Source: Blastocladiella emersonii ATCC 22665
Lineage: Eukaryota; Fungi; Blastocladiomycota
Direction: 5' to 3'
Length of the DNA stretch: 64,000 bases
NCBI GenBank assembly: GCA_025594325.1
Contig: JANHCV010000007.1
Span: 186,001-250,000 of the forward strand
Shown: piece by piece, positions 12,910 through 25,000 of the stretch
How positions within the stretch are numbered: position 1 is the stretch's first letter
Layout of the letters: each line of letters begins with the position of its first letter
Notes under the pieces: model-generated
Databases searched by the model: none
The model's input: the letters and a program-made list of their open reading frames with translations, nothing else
Told to the model about the DNA's origin: nothing
Translations under genes and position numbers: made by a program

Positions 12910-12929
12910 ACGTGTTTGTTCGACACGTC
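12910..12929 (-). promoter_or_regulatory. GACGYG-N6-AAACACGT motif upstream of Rad5-like copy 3
   Basis: Minus strand gacgtg tcgaac aaacacgt, 140 nt from the ATG at 12770. Confidence 0.6.
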
Positions 12930-13836
12930 GCCGCTCTGTCTTGTTCCAGCTCACGGGGAGGCCACCGATCTCACCAAATCGAGTGAATGAGAAGAGACCC
13001 GAGATCTAGTGGACGCGCGGGGCTGGCAAGAGCCCGCAGAACATCGAGAAGATCAACGACCTCAGAGGACACGAGCGAGATTGACACACAAGAACCGCGG
13101 CCATCTATTCTACGACGAGCAAAACAAAGGGAGGGAGAGGGACACACACGCGCTCGACACCGCACCGACCATGGACCGGTCGCCGTGGACCGCGCTCTCG
13201 CCGCCGTCAGCCACCAGGGTCGCCGGTGCCGCCCGCCGCGACACCGTGGGGCGACCCGAGGAGGATGGTGATGACGACGACGACGAGGAGGAGGAGCGCG
13301 GTTCCGTGAGCTGGGCGACGGACCGACCGACCGACCGCACGCGCGAGAGTGGACGAGTGCCCGAGCGTTGCCGTGCGAGACCAGCTGTGGACGTGACGTG
13401 CCTGCCCCCGAATACACACGATCCACACCCGCCCGTCATACTCACCATGACCGCTTCTCCTCCCGTTGCAGGAAACACGCACGCGCACGTGAATCCCCGG
13501 GTACGAAGAAGATGGCACCGCAAAAGGCAGCCGACAGGTCAATCTAGCAAGCAATCGGAGCGAGCGCGGCGCGAGAGCACCGGCGACAGGAGTGCGGAAG
13601 CGACAAGGGTAGGAGTGGAGGAACAGGTTGGTGGAGCGAGGGGAGGGGTGGGTAGAGTAGCGAAGGGTGGGTGCGCGAACACGTCAGAGGTCCGTTGCTG
13701 GTCCGTACAGGGGCCGGTTGCTGTCGGTCGTGGTGGAGGGTGCAGGTGCAGGCGCAGGTCATGGTCGAGTCGAGGGCTGGTCGGGCCGGGTACGAGGTGG
13801 ATCGGGTCGGGTCGGGTGTGGCGGCACCGGCGCCGC

Positions 13837-16800
13837 CTACTGGCCGCCGCAGATCTCGTACCACAGGTAGTCGATGGTGGTGTCGACGCAGTAGTTGAAG
13901 ATGACCATGACGGCGCCCTTGACCGTGTCGTCGCACTGCATGCCCTGGTCGTGCTTGGTCCGGGCGTACGCGGCCAGGTCCTGCTGGTGCGCGGGCACGT
14001 AGCGCCCGAGCCGGATGTTCTGCGGTGGCGAGATGACCGTCTCGACCGAGCCCGTGCTGCCGGCCTCCGACACGTCGTCGTCATGGTCGTCGGCCTCGGC
14101 CTCGGCCTCCCACTGGTCCACGGCGCCGTCGACCTGCGCGTCCGTGTACACGAACCCGTGCGGCGCGGAGTGGTACTGGACGGCCTGCTTCTGCTGCTGC
14201 TGACGATGCGTCGCCTCAATGGCGGCGACGGCGTGGAACTGCTGCTGCTGCTTCTGCTGCGCCTTGAGGGCGGCGACGTGGAACTTGAGTCGCTGCAGCT
14301 TGTGCATGAGCGTGATGATGACCTGGGTCCGGATCTCCTCGTGCTCCTTGACCTCGGCGGCGGCGACCATGGCGGCGACCGCGACGGCCATCGACTTGAC
14401 CTGCACCGTGGGCGCCTCCTGCCCCTTCTCCTCCCTCTCGGTGCCGTGGGTCGAGTCGCTCTTGGCGACGACGAGCTGCTGGGTCTGCTCCTCCTCGAAC
14501 GAGACCTCCTGGTACTGCAGCTGCTGGTAGTGGTAGTCGTCGATCTTGGTCGGGTCCTGGGTCGCGGCCATGGTCGTGTCGGCAATGACGTTGATGGTCG
14601 ACGTCGCGGCGGCGGCGGTGGCAGTCGAGACGGCGGCGGGAGCCGTCTCGGTGCAGGCCGCGCGCGACGGCAGCTCGAGCTCCTGGGCGGCGAGGTCGTG
14701 GACAGCGGCGGCGGCGACTGGGGCGGGGATGGTGGTGGTGGTGGGTTCCAGTGCCAGCTGCGTGCCAACGACCTCGGTGGGCTCGACCTCCTCGTCCTCG
14801 TACAGCTGCTGCGTGAACAGCATCGTGACGACGAGCAGGACGGGGAGGACCTTCTGCTTGGCGGGGACGACGACGTCGGGGGCGGGGATGGTGGGACCCG
14901 TCGTCATCGTGGTGCCGAGAGGTGCTGCGCGAACGACCATCGTGGTCGTGGTCGTGGTCGTGGTGTCGCTCGGGTACTCGCGCGGCGCGTCGGCGAGCTG
15001 GTGGTACTGCTCGAGCTCCATGGCGCTGTCGCGGCGAGAAGGCGCCGGTGCCTTCTTGCCGACCACCTGCTGCTCGTCGGCCGACGGCGACGAGCTGCTA
15101 CTGCTGTTGCTGCCGCTGCGAGTAGTGGGACCCGAGTACACGACCATGGTCTTGATGTCGGTGGCCGCGGCGCCGGCGGAGGCCGAGTGGGCCTTGCCGC
15201 GCTGCTCCGAGAACGTCGACGGCGACGTCTTGACCGCCATGCGGTACGCGATGAACTTGGCGATCGCCGGCGCAAAGAAGCGCGCGGCCTCAATGATGAC
15301 CTGGATCAGCTTGACCGCGTACATGATGGACTGGACCGGGTGCGTGATGATCTGGACCGCAAGCGAGTTGCCCGCGACCAGCACCCGGACCGCGGCGGCC
15401 GCGCACTCGGCCATGGGCCCGAGCACGACGGCCGCCACGAACTTGACGAGCGACCCCGCTATCCGGGCCGCCCACTCGAGGACCACGCGTCGGGCCCGCC
15501 GCGAACGGCCGAAGCCCTGCTGGTGCGCGTTCTCCTCGTCGACTTGGACGAGCAGCTGGTGCGAACTATGGGGTAGCGAGATGAAATGTCAGTCGTGCCC
15601 CAGTCGCGGACCTCACGCAAGGATAGAAGCGTACCCGTAGATGATGGTCGCGTTATCGGTGCCAGCCTTGATCGTGTACATGTGGCCAGAGCCTTGGAGT
15701 AGCCCGCGCAGACTACAGAGGGGAGTGAGAAGGTCAGTCGAGGTCATCGTGGTGCGAGGATCGAGTGAGGTGAGGGCATGCCCCTGGGTTTTGGTCGCGC
15801 GGGTGAAGCTACCCTTTTCCATGTGCACGTTGAGCGCCTTGTTGAGCATGCACACAATCGTCGCTGAGACCCGGCGCGCCATGAACGTGGCCGCGCCGCC
15901 GAGCATCCCCGCCGGAGCCCGGCCGTACTGGTCCCAGATAGCGGCGACGCTACAACGTGGTGAGGGGTCAGTGATCGAGTTCCGAGAGCGAGCCAGGCAG
16001 CGAGGAGAAAACGTACATGGTGAGCATGTAGCGCAAAAAGAGACCCAGACTCGTCGTTTCCGTCCGACCCGACTTCTTGACCTTGGCCTTGGCCTCGATC
16101 TCGATCTCGATCTCGATGGACTCCTCGACGGCATACACGTGGCGCGACGCGGTGGTGAACACGCGGTAGTAGCGGAAGACAATCGACGTGGCCAGGAGGA
16201 GCGTGACGACGCCCGTGAACGCGAAGGCGACGTGGCGCGGGAAGCTGATGTTGAGCTTGACCTGGCGGAACGTATTGCCGAGGACGTGCTGGCGGACCGG
16301 GTCGGCGGCCGCGTACAGCAGCGCGTACGCCTTGCGCTCGACGGGGGTCAGGGCGCGGCACACGCCCGAGCCGGCGTCGAGGACGATCGGGATGGCGTTG
16401 AGGACGACGGCGGCGGGCTCGGGGATAGTGGCGGCGACGAGCGAGGTCGGGACGGGGTCGGGCACGCCGTCGACGGCGATGCGCGTCGTGATGGGCTGGG
16501 CGACGGGCGCGGGAAACGTGGCCTCGAGGTCGGCCGTGGTGGCCGTCGGGGCCGGAGTCGGCCGCGGGAGGCGGCGGCGCAGCAGGTCGATGATCGTGTA
16601 CGCGGGCCGGGTCGTGTCGGACTGGCGGAAGCACGTCCAGTCGCTCTTGCACTTGATGGTCGCCCACTCGAGCTGGCTGGGCGACGTGAGCTCGTAGTTG
16701 TGGCCGAGCGGGAACCGCGCGCGGTACTGGTACCACAGGAGCGTGGCCTCGGACACGCCGAGCATGGCGCGCGGCGACTTTTCGGGCTTGCGGGGGCGGA

Positions 16801-17243
16801 TTGGGCCGATGACTACATGCGCGTCGGGACGGGTCACGGTGAGTGGGGTGGCGCGGCTCGTGGGGGTGGGAGACGCGTCGAGGGGGCGTACCGAAAAAGG
16901 GCGCGTAGCGGTCGATGAACGGGTCGACGACGACGGCGGCGGCGGCGGGCTTGGTGTGGCGCATGGCGGGAGCGGGGACGATGACGGCCAGGTCGGTCGA
17001 GTTGTACACGGCCGGCGCCGGCGCGATGGGCTTGGGCGGGGCGGGGATGCACGCCGGGACGGCGCCGAGCGGGGCGGGAACGAGGAGGCAGAGGGCGGGC
17101 AGGGAGACGGACACGGCGACCGACACGTTGGCGGCCGCGGCGGCGACAGCGAGGGTGGCGTTGCCGACGGCGAGGAGCGGGGCGACGGCGGCGACGGTGG
17201 ACACGCTGAACATGGCCTGGAAGGCGAGCAGCGCGAACACCAT
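13837..17243 (-). CDS. Unknown protein with a hydrophobic N-terminus, a TM-like segment and a Thr/Ala/Gln-rich C-terminal half (left IR copy)
   Basis: Mirror of 45578-48984. Introns at 16813-16891, 15950-16016 and 15566-15634 join the ORF pieces in frame. Confidence 0.65.
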
Positions 17244-17331
17244 CGCCCCGAAGATGGGCGAGGACGAGGGGCTGCATGGTTGCGGCGGCGGTGGACCGGA
17301 TCGGGGTGGACCAGGTACTACTTCTTGGGGA

Positions 17332-17355
17332 TCTTCTTCTTCTTCTTCTTCTTCT
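17332..17355. repeat. (TCT)8 microsatellite; mirror (AGA)8 at 45466-45489
   Basis: Read directly. The repeat number is the same in both arms. Confidence 0.9.
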
Positions 17356-18760
17356 CGAGACTGTCGGTTAGGACATGAGGAACGAGAGGGAGGGGGAGGG
17401 CGGGGACGCGGCGCGGTCTTGTAGGCGCGGGCGGGCGGGGCAGCAGGCCGGTAGCGCGAGCACCCGCCGGACGCGGGCACCGACGCGTCGCGATGCTCGA
17501 GCGCGGCTGCCGCATCCGTCGTCGTCGTCGTTGTTGTTTTGGAGACGCGTCGCCGTGGACCCGTGTCTCGCGACGCGTCGATGCGTCGCGGCGGCCGAGG
17601 TGGAGACACGCGAGACGTGCAGCGGGCCGCAGCGACACGTGCCCGACGCGTCGCGGCGGGTGCGAGACACCCGGGCGGAGACACGGCGAGATCAGGTGGG
17701 CGAGGGCGACCGCATCGTGAGCGAGGCGGGCGGCGGGTGCGCGCGGTGGACGCGTTGGGCGGTGCGAGTCGGTCGAGCAGCGGGGCACGGCGCGGCGCGT
17801 GCGGGCGAGGCCGAGGCCGAGGGTGTATCAAGGTGATGATGAAGGAGAGCAGCGGTGCGAGTCGCTGCAGGTGGAGGGGAGGGCGGTGGGAGACCGGCCG
17901 TGGTCGGCTGCTGTCACGCCACCGCGGCCGCGAGCAGCGACCACTTTGGCGCGCGTCAGCGGCGTGCGCGCGCGCGCTCGCGGCAGCCGCAGATGGTGAT
18001 GGATCTCGAGGAGGAACGAGGGCAGGAACTCGATGCAAGGCGATGGGCGGGCGCCGGCGAGCACGGTGGCGGGCCGCGGCGCGGTAGACGTGGTCGGTCG
18101 TGGACTCGGTCAGGAGCGGATGCAGTCGGGCGCGAGGGAGAGGCGAGCGAGACCGATGCTGATGAGCCGAGTGATGAGTGATGAGCGGCTGATGATGACG
18201 GAGAGCACCGCCGCTCCCACACGCGTTTCGGGCCGCCGCCTCGCCGCCGACTTGATCGGGCTCGCCCCCCTCCCTCCTCTCCTTCACTTCGGCAATCGCT
18301 CCCGCAAAAGTACTCGCACACCATGCAGCAGACGCGCGGATGGCAGCGAACGCGCCCGCCCGCCCGGCCTCGGCCACGTCGCGACGGCGCGTCCGACGCC
18401 GATCGCGCGAGCTCGAGGCGGTCTTGTGGGTGTCGATGCATTGCGGAAAGTGAAGAGAGTGTGCTGATCGCCCCGAGACTACGCCGTCGTCGCCTTCTCG
18501 TCGGTCGACGCGGACGGCGGTGCTACGCGCCTTCGCCGACGCGAGATGACGTCATCCGACCCCGCCACGTGCACATGAGTGCCGCGTCGTTCCGCTTGCC
18601 CCTTCGACCGTTCCCGACGTGAGCGCCGGCCTTGTGTTGCCCTTCTGCCCGTCCAACACTCGGTGTAACTCTGCTCACCGGGCGGATCGCAGGGCTGTCT
18701 GACTTGCCGCTCTCCGACCCGTCGTTGACCCTTCGCTCTCCCTCAAGTTGCTAGTTTATG

Positions 18761-18940
18761 TGCTCGTAGGACGCTCGCACGCACTTAGTCTCTCGATCAA
18801 ACCGTGTGAGGCGAGAAGTGAGCAACATGGAGATCTCGTACTACCGTCGCTACTGTGCATCGCAAATTCCGCCACGCGCCGGGCCCGTGGTGGCCTCGCC
18901 ACGCTCTGAATCCCGGTCGAACTGCTCTTTGATCTCCCCT
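18761..18940. repeat. Diverged inner flank of the inverted repeat (homologous to 43881-44060)
   Basis: Gapless manual alignment gives 128/180 identical positions (about 71%). Confidence 0.85.
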
Positions 18941-18980
18941 TGATGCTCGTCGCCGTCCGCCTTGCCGAGCCGCTGAACTG

Positions 18981-19520
18981 TTACGTGCTCAGTGTGCGTG
19001 TTGTACGACTACCGCGACACGAGATAAGGGGCCGACACAGGCTATCAGCAATCTTCTCGCTCGACTTCAGGAATCGCAGTTCTAGCGCGACTGAAGCTTT
19101 CATCCGTGAGCTCGTCGAAGAACAACCGCACATGCTCCACTCCCAGGTCATTGTTCCGTTGAGGAAACGCTGGTCGCGTATCAAGCTCGGCTGACTAACA
19201 ATGCCAGTCTGATCTACAACAGGCAGCTTGACGCCCTCCTCGTCGCTATCAACGTAGTTGTCGAGCACAAATCCGCAGTAAGTCTGACTCGATGCACTAG
19301 CGCCTCGAGCCTTCGCACCTCCCCATTTGTCGCGTTCTCAATCAAAATTCCTGGTCGCGGCGCCGCCGAGGCCGCTCCCGCCGCGATAGCTCCCTTGTCG
19401 AGCCGTTGTACGCCATCACCAACCGCTGGAACAGCCACGGCACTTTTTCGGGCACCGTTGTCAGCAAGATCGACCGCCAAGGGTGTGAGGCTTTGCGTTA
19501 GATAAGCCGTGAGGGATACG
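18981..19520 (-). mobile_element. Possible highly degenerate Ty1/copia RNase H remnant
   Basis: LTAY..DLADNGARKS, and downstream LELRFLKSSEKIADSLCRPL, resemble the copia motifs DADWAG..RKS and l.l.yv...q.ADILTKPL in the right order, but across broken frames. Confidence 0.25.
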
Positions 19521-19527
19521 AATCGGT

Positions 19528-19776
19528 TCATTTTTTCATCGTGGTGAGCCCGTCGAGCGTCTCGGAGAAGTGCGTGAACACGGGCGAGTTGAGGACCATG
19601 TACACGCGCTGGATCTCGTGGCTCGCCGACAGGTACCACGACTGGATCAGCACGAACAGGATGACGACGGGCGCGAGGACCACGATGACGAGCGGCGCCG
19701 CGACCAGGATCGTGATGAGCGTCGCGATCGTCTGCAGGCCCATGAACTGCAGCTGGCTGATCTGCTGCGGGATCAT
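19528..19776 (-). pseudogene. Isolated fragment of an ABCC/MRP-type ABC transporter transmembrane domain 2
   Basis: IATLITILVAAPLVIVVLAPVVILFVLIQSWYLSASHEIQRVYMVLNSPVFTHFSETLDGLTT matches the Y...SRELKRL.....SP.F.HF.ETL.GL.TIR motif. No NBD or other exons are nearby. Confidence 0.75.
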
Positions 19777-19886
19777 CACAGAGGGCACCACTGACGATGG
19801 TGTTTGAAAGCAAGTAGTAGTAATTATTGCGAACCGTACGACTAAACCAACCAAACCAAAGCCACTCACCCGCGCGCGCGCCGAAT

Positions 19887-22507
19887 TTACTTGTTCTTCT
19901 TGCCGCTGACGAACGGGCTCGCGAGGACCGGGATCGCCGACGGGATCTCCATGATGCGGCCGATGAGGAGCTGGAGGTACTCGAGTAACCGCTCGTTCTC
20001 GGACGTCGAGGCTACATCCACACACGAAGGTCAGCTCCGTCTCCTTCATCACAGTAACCGAGCCACCGTACCCTGGAGATCCTCGCGCAGACGAATCTTC
20101 TCAATGTCGAGGTCGTCGCCGGCGTCGCGGTCTTGGGCGACGAGCCCGCCGGGCGCGCCCGCGCGGTACTTCTGGATCATGGCGTCCTTGTACTGCTGGG
20201 CCTCGGACACGGGAGCGGGCTTGGCGGCGGCCTCCTCGTTCTTGATCACCTCGATGGCCTCGTTGACGGACGCACACGACAGCGCCTTGGTGAGGGTCGG
20301 CGGGAGGTTGGCGAACGAGGCCTGTCGCGACAGGGGCGCGTTGCGGCCCGCGAGCTTGCCGGCCACGACGCCGCCCGTCGCGAGCTGCTGGTGCAGGAGC
20401 GCGTTCTCGCGCTGGAGGTGGGTGACGCGCTACACCGAGTTGAAAAGTGAGTCTCCGGGTCTACACGAAACTAGACGACCACCAGCGAGCGAACCTGCGA
20501 TAGCCCGTCAACCTGCTCCTCGTGGATCTGGTGGAGGTCGTGCAGCTGGCGCTGGAGCGAGTTGCACAGCTTGACGAGGGCGGGGCGGTCGAGGCCATCG
20601 ACGGACACGGGGACGAACGAGAGCATCGACTTGGACAGGGCGAGCGGCGACAGGACGGGGCGGGCGACGGGCTCGACGAGCGGTGGTGGCACGCGTTCCG
20701 GGATCGGCGCGGCAAGAGGCGCGACCTCAGTCGTGATGGCGGGCTGGGGGAGCGAGGCGAGGAAGTAGTCCTGCTCGGCGAGGTCCTCGTCGGGCAGGGG
20801 GATTTGGGACTACGTGAGCGAGAGAGGTGTCAGTGTGGTTCGAGGTTCACGTCACGAGAGAACGTACAGCAAGATCGACAAACGACGGCGAGTACTCGAG
20901 CTGCTGCTGCCGTGGCTGTTCTGACTCGGGTGCATGGTGCTGCACGTCCTGCGGGACCGGGACGTCGACAAACTCCTGCCGCTGCTGCTGCTGCTCGGTC
21001 ACGACAGCCGCGACCGGCTCGACCTGGGGCGCCTCAGCCTGGACCGTGTCGACAGCGGCCACCGGCTCGCCCTCGAACCCGTCGAACAGGTGCTCGGCCG
21101 AGTGGACGGGCGCGCCGGCGATATCCAGTACGGTGCCGGCGTTGAGCGACTTGGCCGACTGCGTCTTGGCGAGGCGGTCCATGGACGCGAGCTTGGGGTT
21201 GGACGCCGAGGTGGCGGCGCCGGCGAGCCGCTCGACGGACCGGCCCGTGAGCTGCTCGGTCGAGCGCGTCGCGGTGCCGAGCGACTTGACCGACGACGCA
21301 CCGCCGAGTCGCTCGGTCGAGCGCGCCGTGGACTGGACGTTGCCGTCCTGCGCGAGCTGCTCGGTCGACCGAGTCACGCGGCCGAGGGATTTGACCGACG
21401 CCGCGCCGCCGAGGCGCTCCGTGGACCGCGCCGCGTCCTGCGCGGGCTGCTCAGCCGACTGGACGTCGCCGCCCGTGAGCTGCTCCGTGGACCGGGTCAC
21501 GCGGCCGAGCGACTTGACCGAAGACGCACCGCCGAGGCGCTCCGTCGACCGTGCCTGGTCCTGAGCGAGCTGCTCGGTGGACCGGGTCGCATTGCCGAGC
21601 GACTTGACCGACGACGCGCTAGCGAGCCGGTCCGTCGACCGCGCCGTGTCCTGGGCGAGCTGCTCGGTCGACCGCGCCGCCTTGTTGAGCGACTTGACGG
21701 ACCCGGCGAGGTGCTCGGCCGACTTGATGGCCGACGCCGCATCGGCCGACTGCGCGTCGGCGAGGTGGACCGCGGATCCAGTCGTTGCCGCGGCCTGCGC
21801 GTCGTCGGTGGTTAACTCGGACTGCTGCTGGTGCTGCTGGTGCTGCTGGTGCTCCTCGACGTGCTCGGCGACACGGTCATGTGGCTTCTCGACCGTCGGC
21901 GTCGCGTCATCATCCACCACCACCTGCGCCGCCGCCGCCATCGGGTTCTCCACGGCCTCAGCCGGCGCGTCGGGGTCCGCGAGCCGGAACACCGACCCGT
22001 GCTGCTGCTGCTGCTGCTGCTGCTCCTGGAGCCCATCCCCGTCGATGCTCGCGGCGGTGGACTCCTCCTCGTGGATCGCCGACTCGCGGTGGTCGGCGCC
22101 GTGGACCGTGGGCGCGTCGCTCACGACACTCGACGCGCTGCCGGCGACACTGCCCGTGCTGCGCGCGAGGAGGAGGTTGCGGCTGCCGGCAGACCCGATG
22201 CGCGTCGAGGGCGACGCCGTGTACGCGGGGTTGCCGGCGTTGCCGCCGGCGCCGAGGCTGTGCGCGGACCCGCCCGCGATGGCCGACGCGCTGATGGTGT
22301 CGGTGCTCACTACACGGAGGCATGCGGTGAGTGGGAGGAGCAGAAAAGGTGGGAGAGGCGCCAGGACGTACCGAACATGGCGGACCCGAGGTCCGGGTTG
22401 GCCAGCTGCTGCGGCGGGAGCGGGGCGAGCTCGGACGCCGAGACGCGGTGCGGCGGCGGGTCGAAGCCGCCGGGCATGCCGGACGGCGCGTCGTCGAGGT
22501 CGGCCAT
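19887..22507 (-). CDS. Low-complexity/coiled-coil protein with internal tandem repeats and a C-terminal Rab11-FIP RBD-like motif
   Basis: Five exons, with GT-AG introns at 22371-22310, 20867-20810, 20494-20430 and 20071-20012 that keep the frame. C-terminus is KIRLREDLQASTSENERLLEYLQLLIGRIMEIPSAIPVL, with TAA at 19889-19887. Confidence 0.7.
21229..21720 (-). repeat. Coding tandem repeat, about 5 units of about 29 aa: SVKSLG..TRSTEQLAQD.ARSTERLGGAS
   Basis: Seen in the translation of ORF 20847-22733 and as recurring gagcgacttgaccga / gagctgctcggt in the DNA. Confidence 0.9.
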
Positions 22508-22756
22508 GGCTACGTTGGTAAGTGTGTGTGGGTACGCGATGAAGTATTCGTCGCGGAGATGCGTTTGCAGGAGGAGGGGGGAGAGTGCAGCGAGTTGTGC
22601 GCGATCCAGGCGGGGCTGGATGCGGATGTGGTGCCTTTGCTTGGCGGCGACGGCGTCTCCCCGTCGGGCTTGGCAGCGAGGCGAGGCGAGGCGAAACGGA
22701 AAGCGCGTCGCGACGCGTCTCCCGCCTCCCCACGTGAGCCGGGCGTGACTGTCTCG

Positions 22757-22806
22757 CACGCGTTTCGTCTCGCGCGTTTCGTTCACGCGTTTTGTCTCTC
22801 GCGTTC
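22757..22806. promoter_or_regulatory. Cluster of four CGCGTT repeats, including two ACGCGT (MCB-like) sites
   Basis: ACGCGT at 22758-22763 and 22785-22790, plus cgcgcgttt and ctcgcgtt, 250-300 nt upstream of the ATG at 22507. Confidence 0.4.
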
Positions 22807-22910
22807 GCTTCACCTTTCGGTGAACGCGCCGCTCAAGCAGACCTAGGAAAAGCGAGAAACCAAACGAGCAGTATATCCAACCCTCTACTCCACCATCACC
22901 AACCTCGACC

Positions 22911-25000
22911 TCACCAGTCATCCGAATCATCACTATCCTCGTCGGAATCATCACTCGAGCTCCCCTCGACCCCGTTCCGCCGCTTATCCATGGCGTTCTT
23001 GAGGATCGCCGCGAGCCCGCCTGCGCCCGCCGCCGCACCCGCACCAGCCGCCGCCGCGGCGGGACCTGCACCAGCACTCGAACTGCCCGTATCGTGTGCG
23101 GCAACCGACGACGCGCGGCTGACGCCCGCGGACCCAGCGGGCGGCGCCGAACTCGCCTTGCGCAGGTTCGCGTGCGAGAAGCCCTGGATCGACGCGAGCA
23201 GCGCGTTGCGCTCGGGGACCACGGCCGGGAGCGCCGGGCCGGAGGTGCCGTTCGCGGCGGGCGGAGGGGGAGGGGGCGGGGGACCGCCGGACCCCATCAT
23301 CGGGGGTGGGGGCGGGGGAGGCGGAGGAGGCGGGCCGCCGGACCCCATCATGGGCGGCGGGGGAGGTGGAGGCGGCGGAGGCGGTCCACCCGCGGGCTTA
23401 GCGACCACGACGGCCGGCGGCGGCGGGGGCGGCGGTGGCACCGAGGTCGGGGCGACGGGCACGCTGCGCGACGGCGGGAGCGCGGGCGGCACCACCGGAC
23501 TCGATCCCTGTGCAGACATGGACCCGGCGCGCGGCGGGAGCGGCGGGGCAGCGGCACGCCCCGCTGCGGGCGGCGGGGGAGGCGGGGTCGCGCGCGCAGG
23601 AGCACCGGGTCGGCCGGGCGGCGGTGGGGGCGGCGCCCGGTTCCCGCGGGCAGGCGGGGGCGGGGGCGGGCCCCGGTTCCCGCGCGAGGGAGGCGGCGGA
23701 GGAGGTCCGCGGCGGCCGGGTGGCGGGGGCGGGGTCGCGGCGGAGCTCGGGCGCGATGGGGGAGGGGGCGGCGGGCCGCGGTGCGCGGCGGACGGCGGGG
23801 TCGGCGGGGCGCGCGGCGGGGTCGGGCGCATGGGGGCCGGCGCCGGGGTCGTGTACGGCGACGCTGCAGCTGCGGGAGCAGGAGGCGGCGGCGGCGGCGC
23901 ATGGGATGGGCGGTGCGTCGCGGCAGCGGGCGAGGGCGCGACAGGCGGAGCGAACGCGGGCTTCGCCGCAGCGGGCGGCGCGCCGGCGGCCTCGGCGAGG
24001 TTGACGCCGTTGCGCTCGGCGTCCTTGAGGGTCTTGAGGATGAACTTGCGGGTGTTAGCGTCCTGCATCATGTCGTCGGAGATGCCGGCGAGGTGGATGG
24101 CCTCGCGCCACTCGGGCTTGAGGTTGGTCACGACGAACTTGCCGTCGTCGCCGAGCTTCATGCCCGAGACGTGGCGGAAGTCGGACGGGCCCGAGATCAT
24201 GGACTTGTCGAAGACGGGGCGGCCGGTGGGGGTGACGGTGGCGGTCTTGGAGGACTTTTTGTCCTTTTTCTCCTTTTTCTCCTTTTTCTCCTTCTTGGAC
24301 TTTTTCTTGTCCTTGTCCTTGCCGTTGGTGGCGACCGCCGGAGTGGACGGGGCCGAAGCGGCGACGGGCGAGAAGGCGGCCTTGACGGAGCCGTAGGGCG
24401 AGGTCGGGGTGGAGGAGGCACCCGCGAGGCGCGCGGAGGCCGTGGCTGCGGTGATGGCGGTGAGGGCGGGCGCCTTGGCGACGGTGGGCGAGAAGGCCGA
24501 GTGGACCGGCGCAGGTGCAGGCGCGGGCGCGGGGATAGCGGCTTTGACGGCGGCCGCAAAGGTGCGCGCCTGGGCAGCGTCGGCAAAGGCGATGCCGAGC
24601 ATCACGTCCTATTCCGCGAGAACGGTGAGCCAACGCAGCGAGCACGCCAAAACGGCACAAACGTACGTCGCCCTCAAAGGTGTGGAACCGCGGCAGGTCC
24701 TCGGCGTACTCCATGGCGCGGTACAGCTGCTGCTGCCAGCCGACGGTCGAGTCGGCCTGGTTGACGAGGTAGACGTAGGTGCCCGACTCGCTGGCGACGA
24801 GCGCCGCGACGCCCTCGGCGACGAGCTCCCAGCGTGCGTCAAAGGCCGCGTAGAAGCGCGCGGCGGCCGTGGCCGTTGGCTAGTATCATCGGTGGCGGTG
24901 AGGACGCGATCCAAGCGCGGGTGCGCGAGGCAGAGCATACCGCGATGCCCAGGGCGGCCACGACGAGCGCCTCGTTGGCCTCGGCGGTGCCGAATATCAT
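22911..25000 (-). CDS. WAS: WASP-family Arp2/3 activator (WH1, basic region, CRIB, poly-Pro, WH2-C-A)
   Basis: Introns at 24940-24880 and 24666-24609. WH1 (ARFYAA..WQQQLY..FHTFEGD), Lys-rich basic tract, CRIB ISGPSDFRHV, poly-proline, WH2 RNALLASIQG..LRK and acidic end DDSDDW. Start codon is tentative. Confidence 0.92.

Larger units (their letters stand above)
13087..18732. repeat. Left arm of a 5646-bp inverted repeat (partner 44089-49734)
   Basis: Every ORF in the track between these coordinates has an identical mirror ORF whose coordinates sum to 62821 (for example 13837..15486 / 47335..48984). Boundaries were found by manual alignment, and the first inner mismatch is at 18733/44088. Confidence 0.95.

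Noticed and set aside
13009-15576. 855-aa plus-strand ORF (mirror 47245-49806) and many other long overlapping ORFs
   Set aside because: Antisense or alternative-frame shadows of real genes, caused by extreme GC3. They are Arg/Gly/Val-Leu rich with no domain signal.
21229-21720. CRISPR-like or non-coding repeat array
   Set aside because: The units are in frame, vary at synonymous positions, lack unique spacers and lie in a eukaryotic exon.
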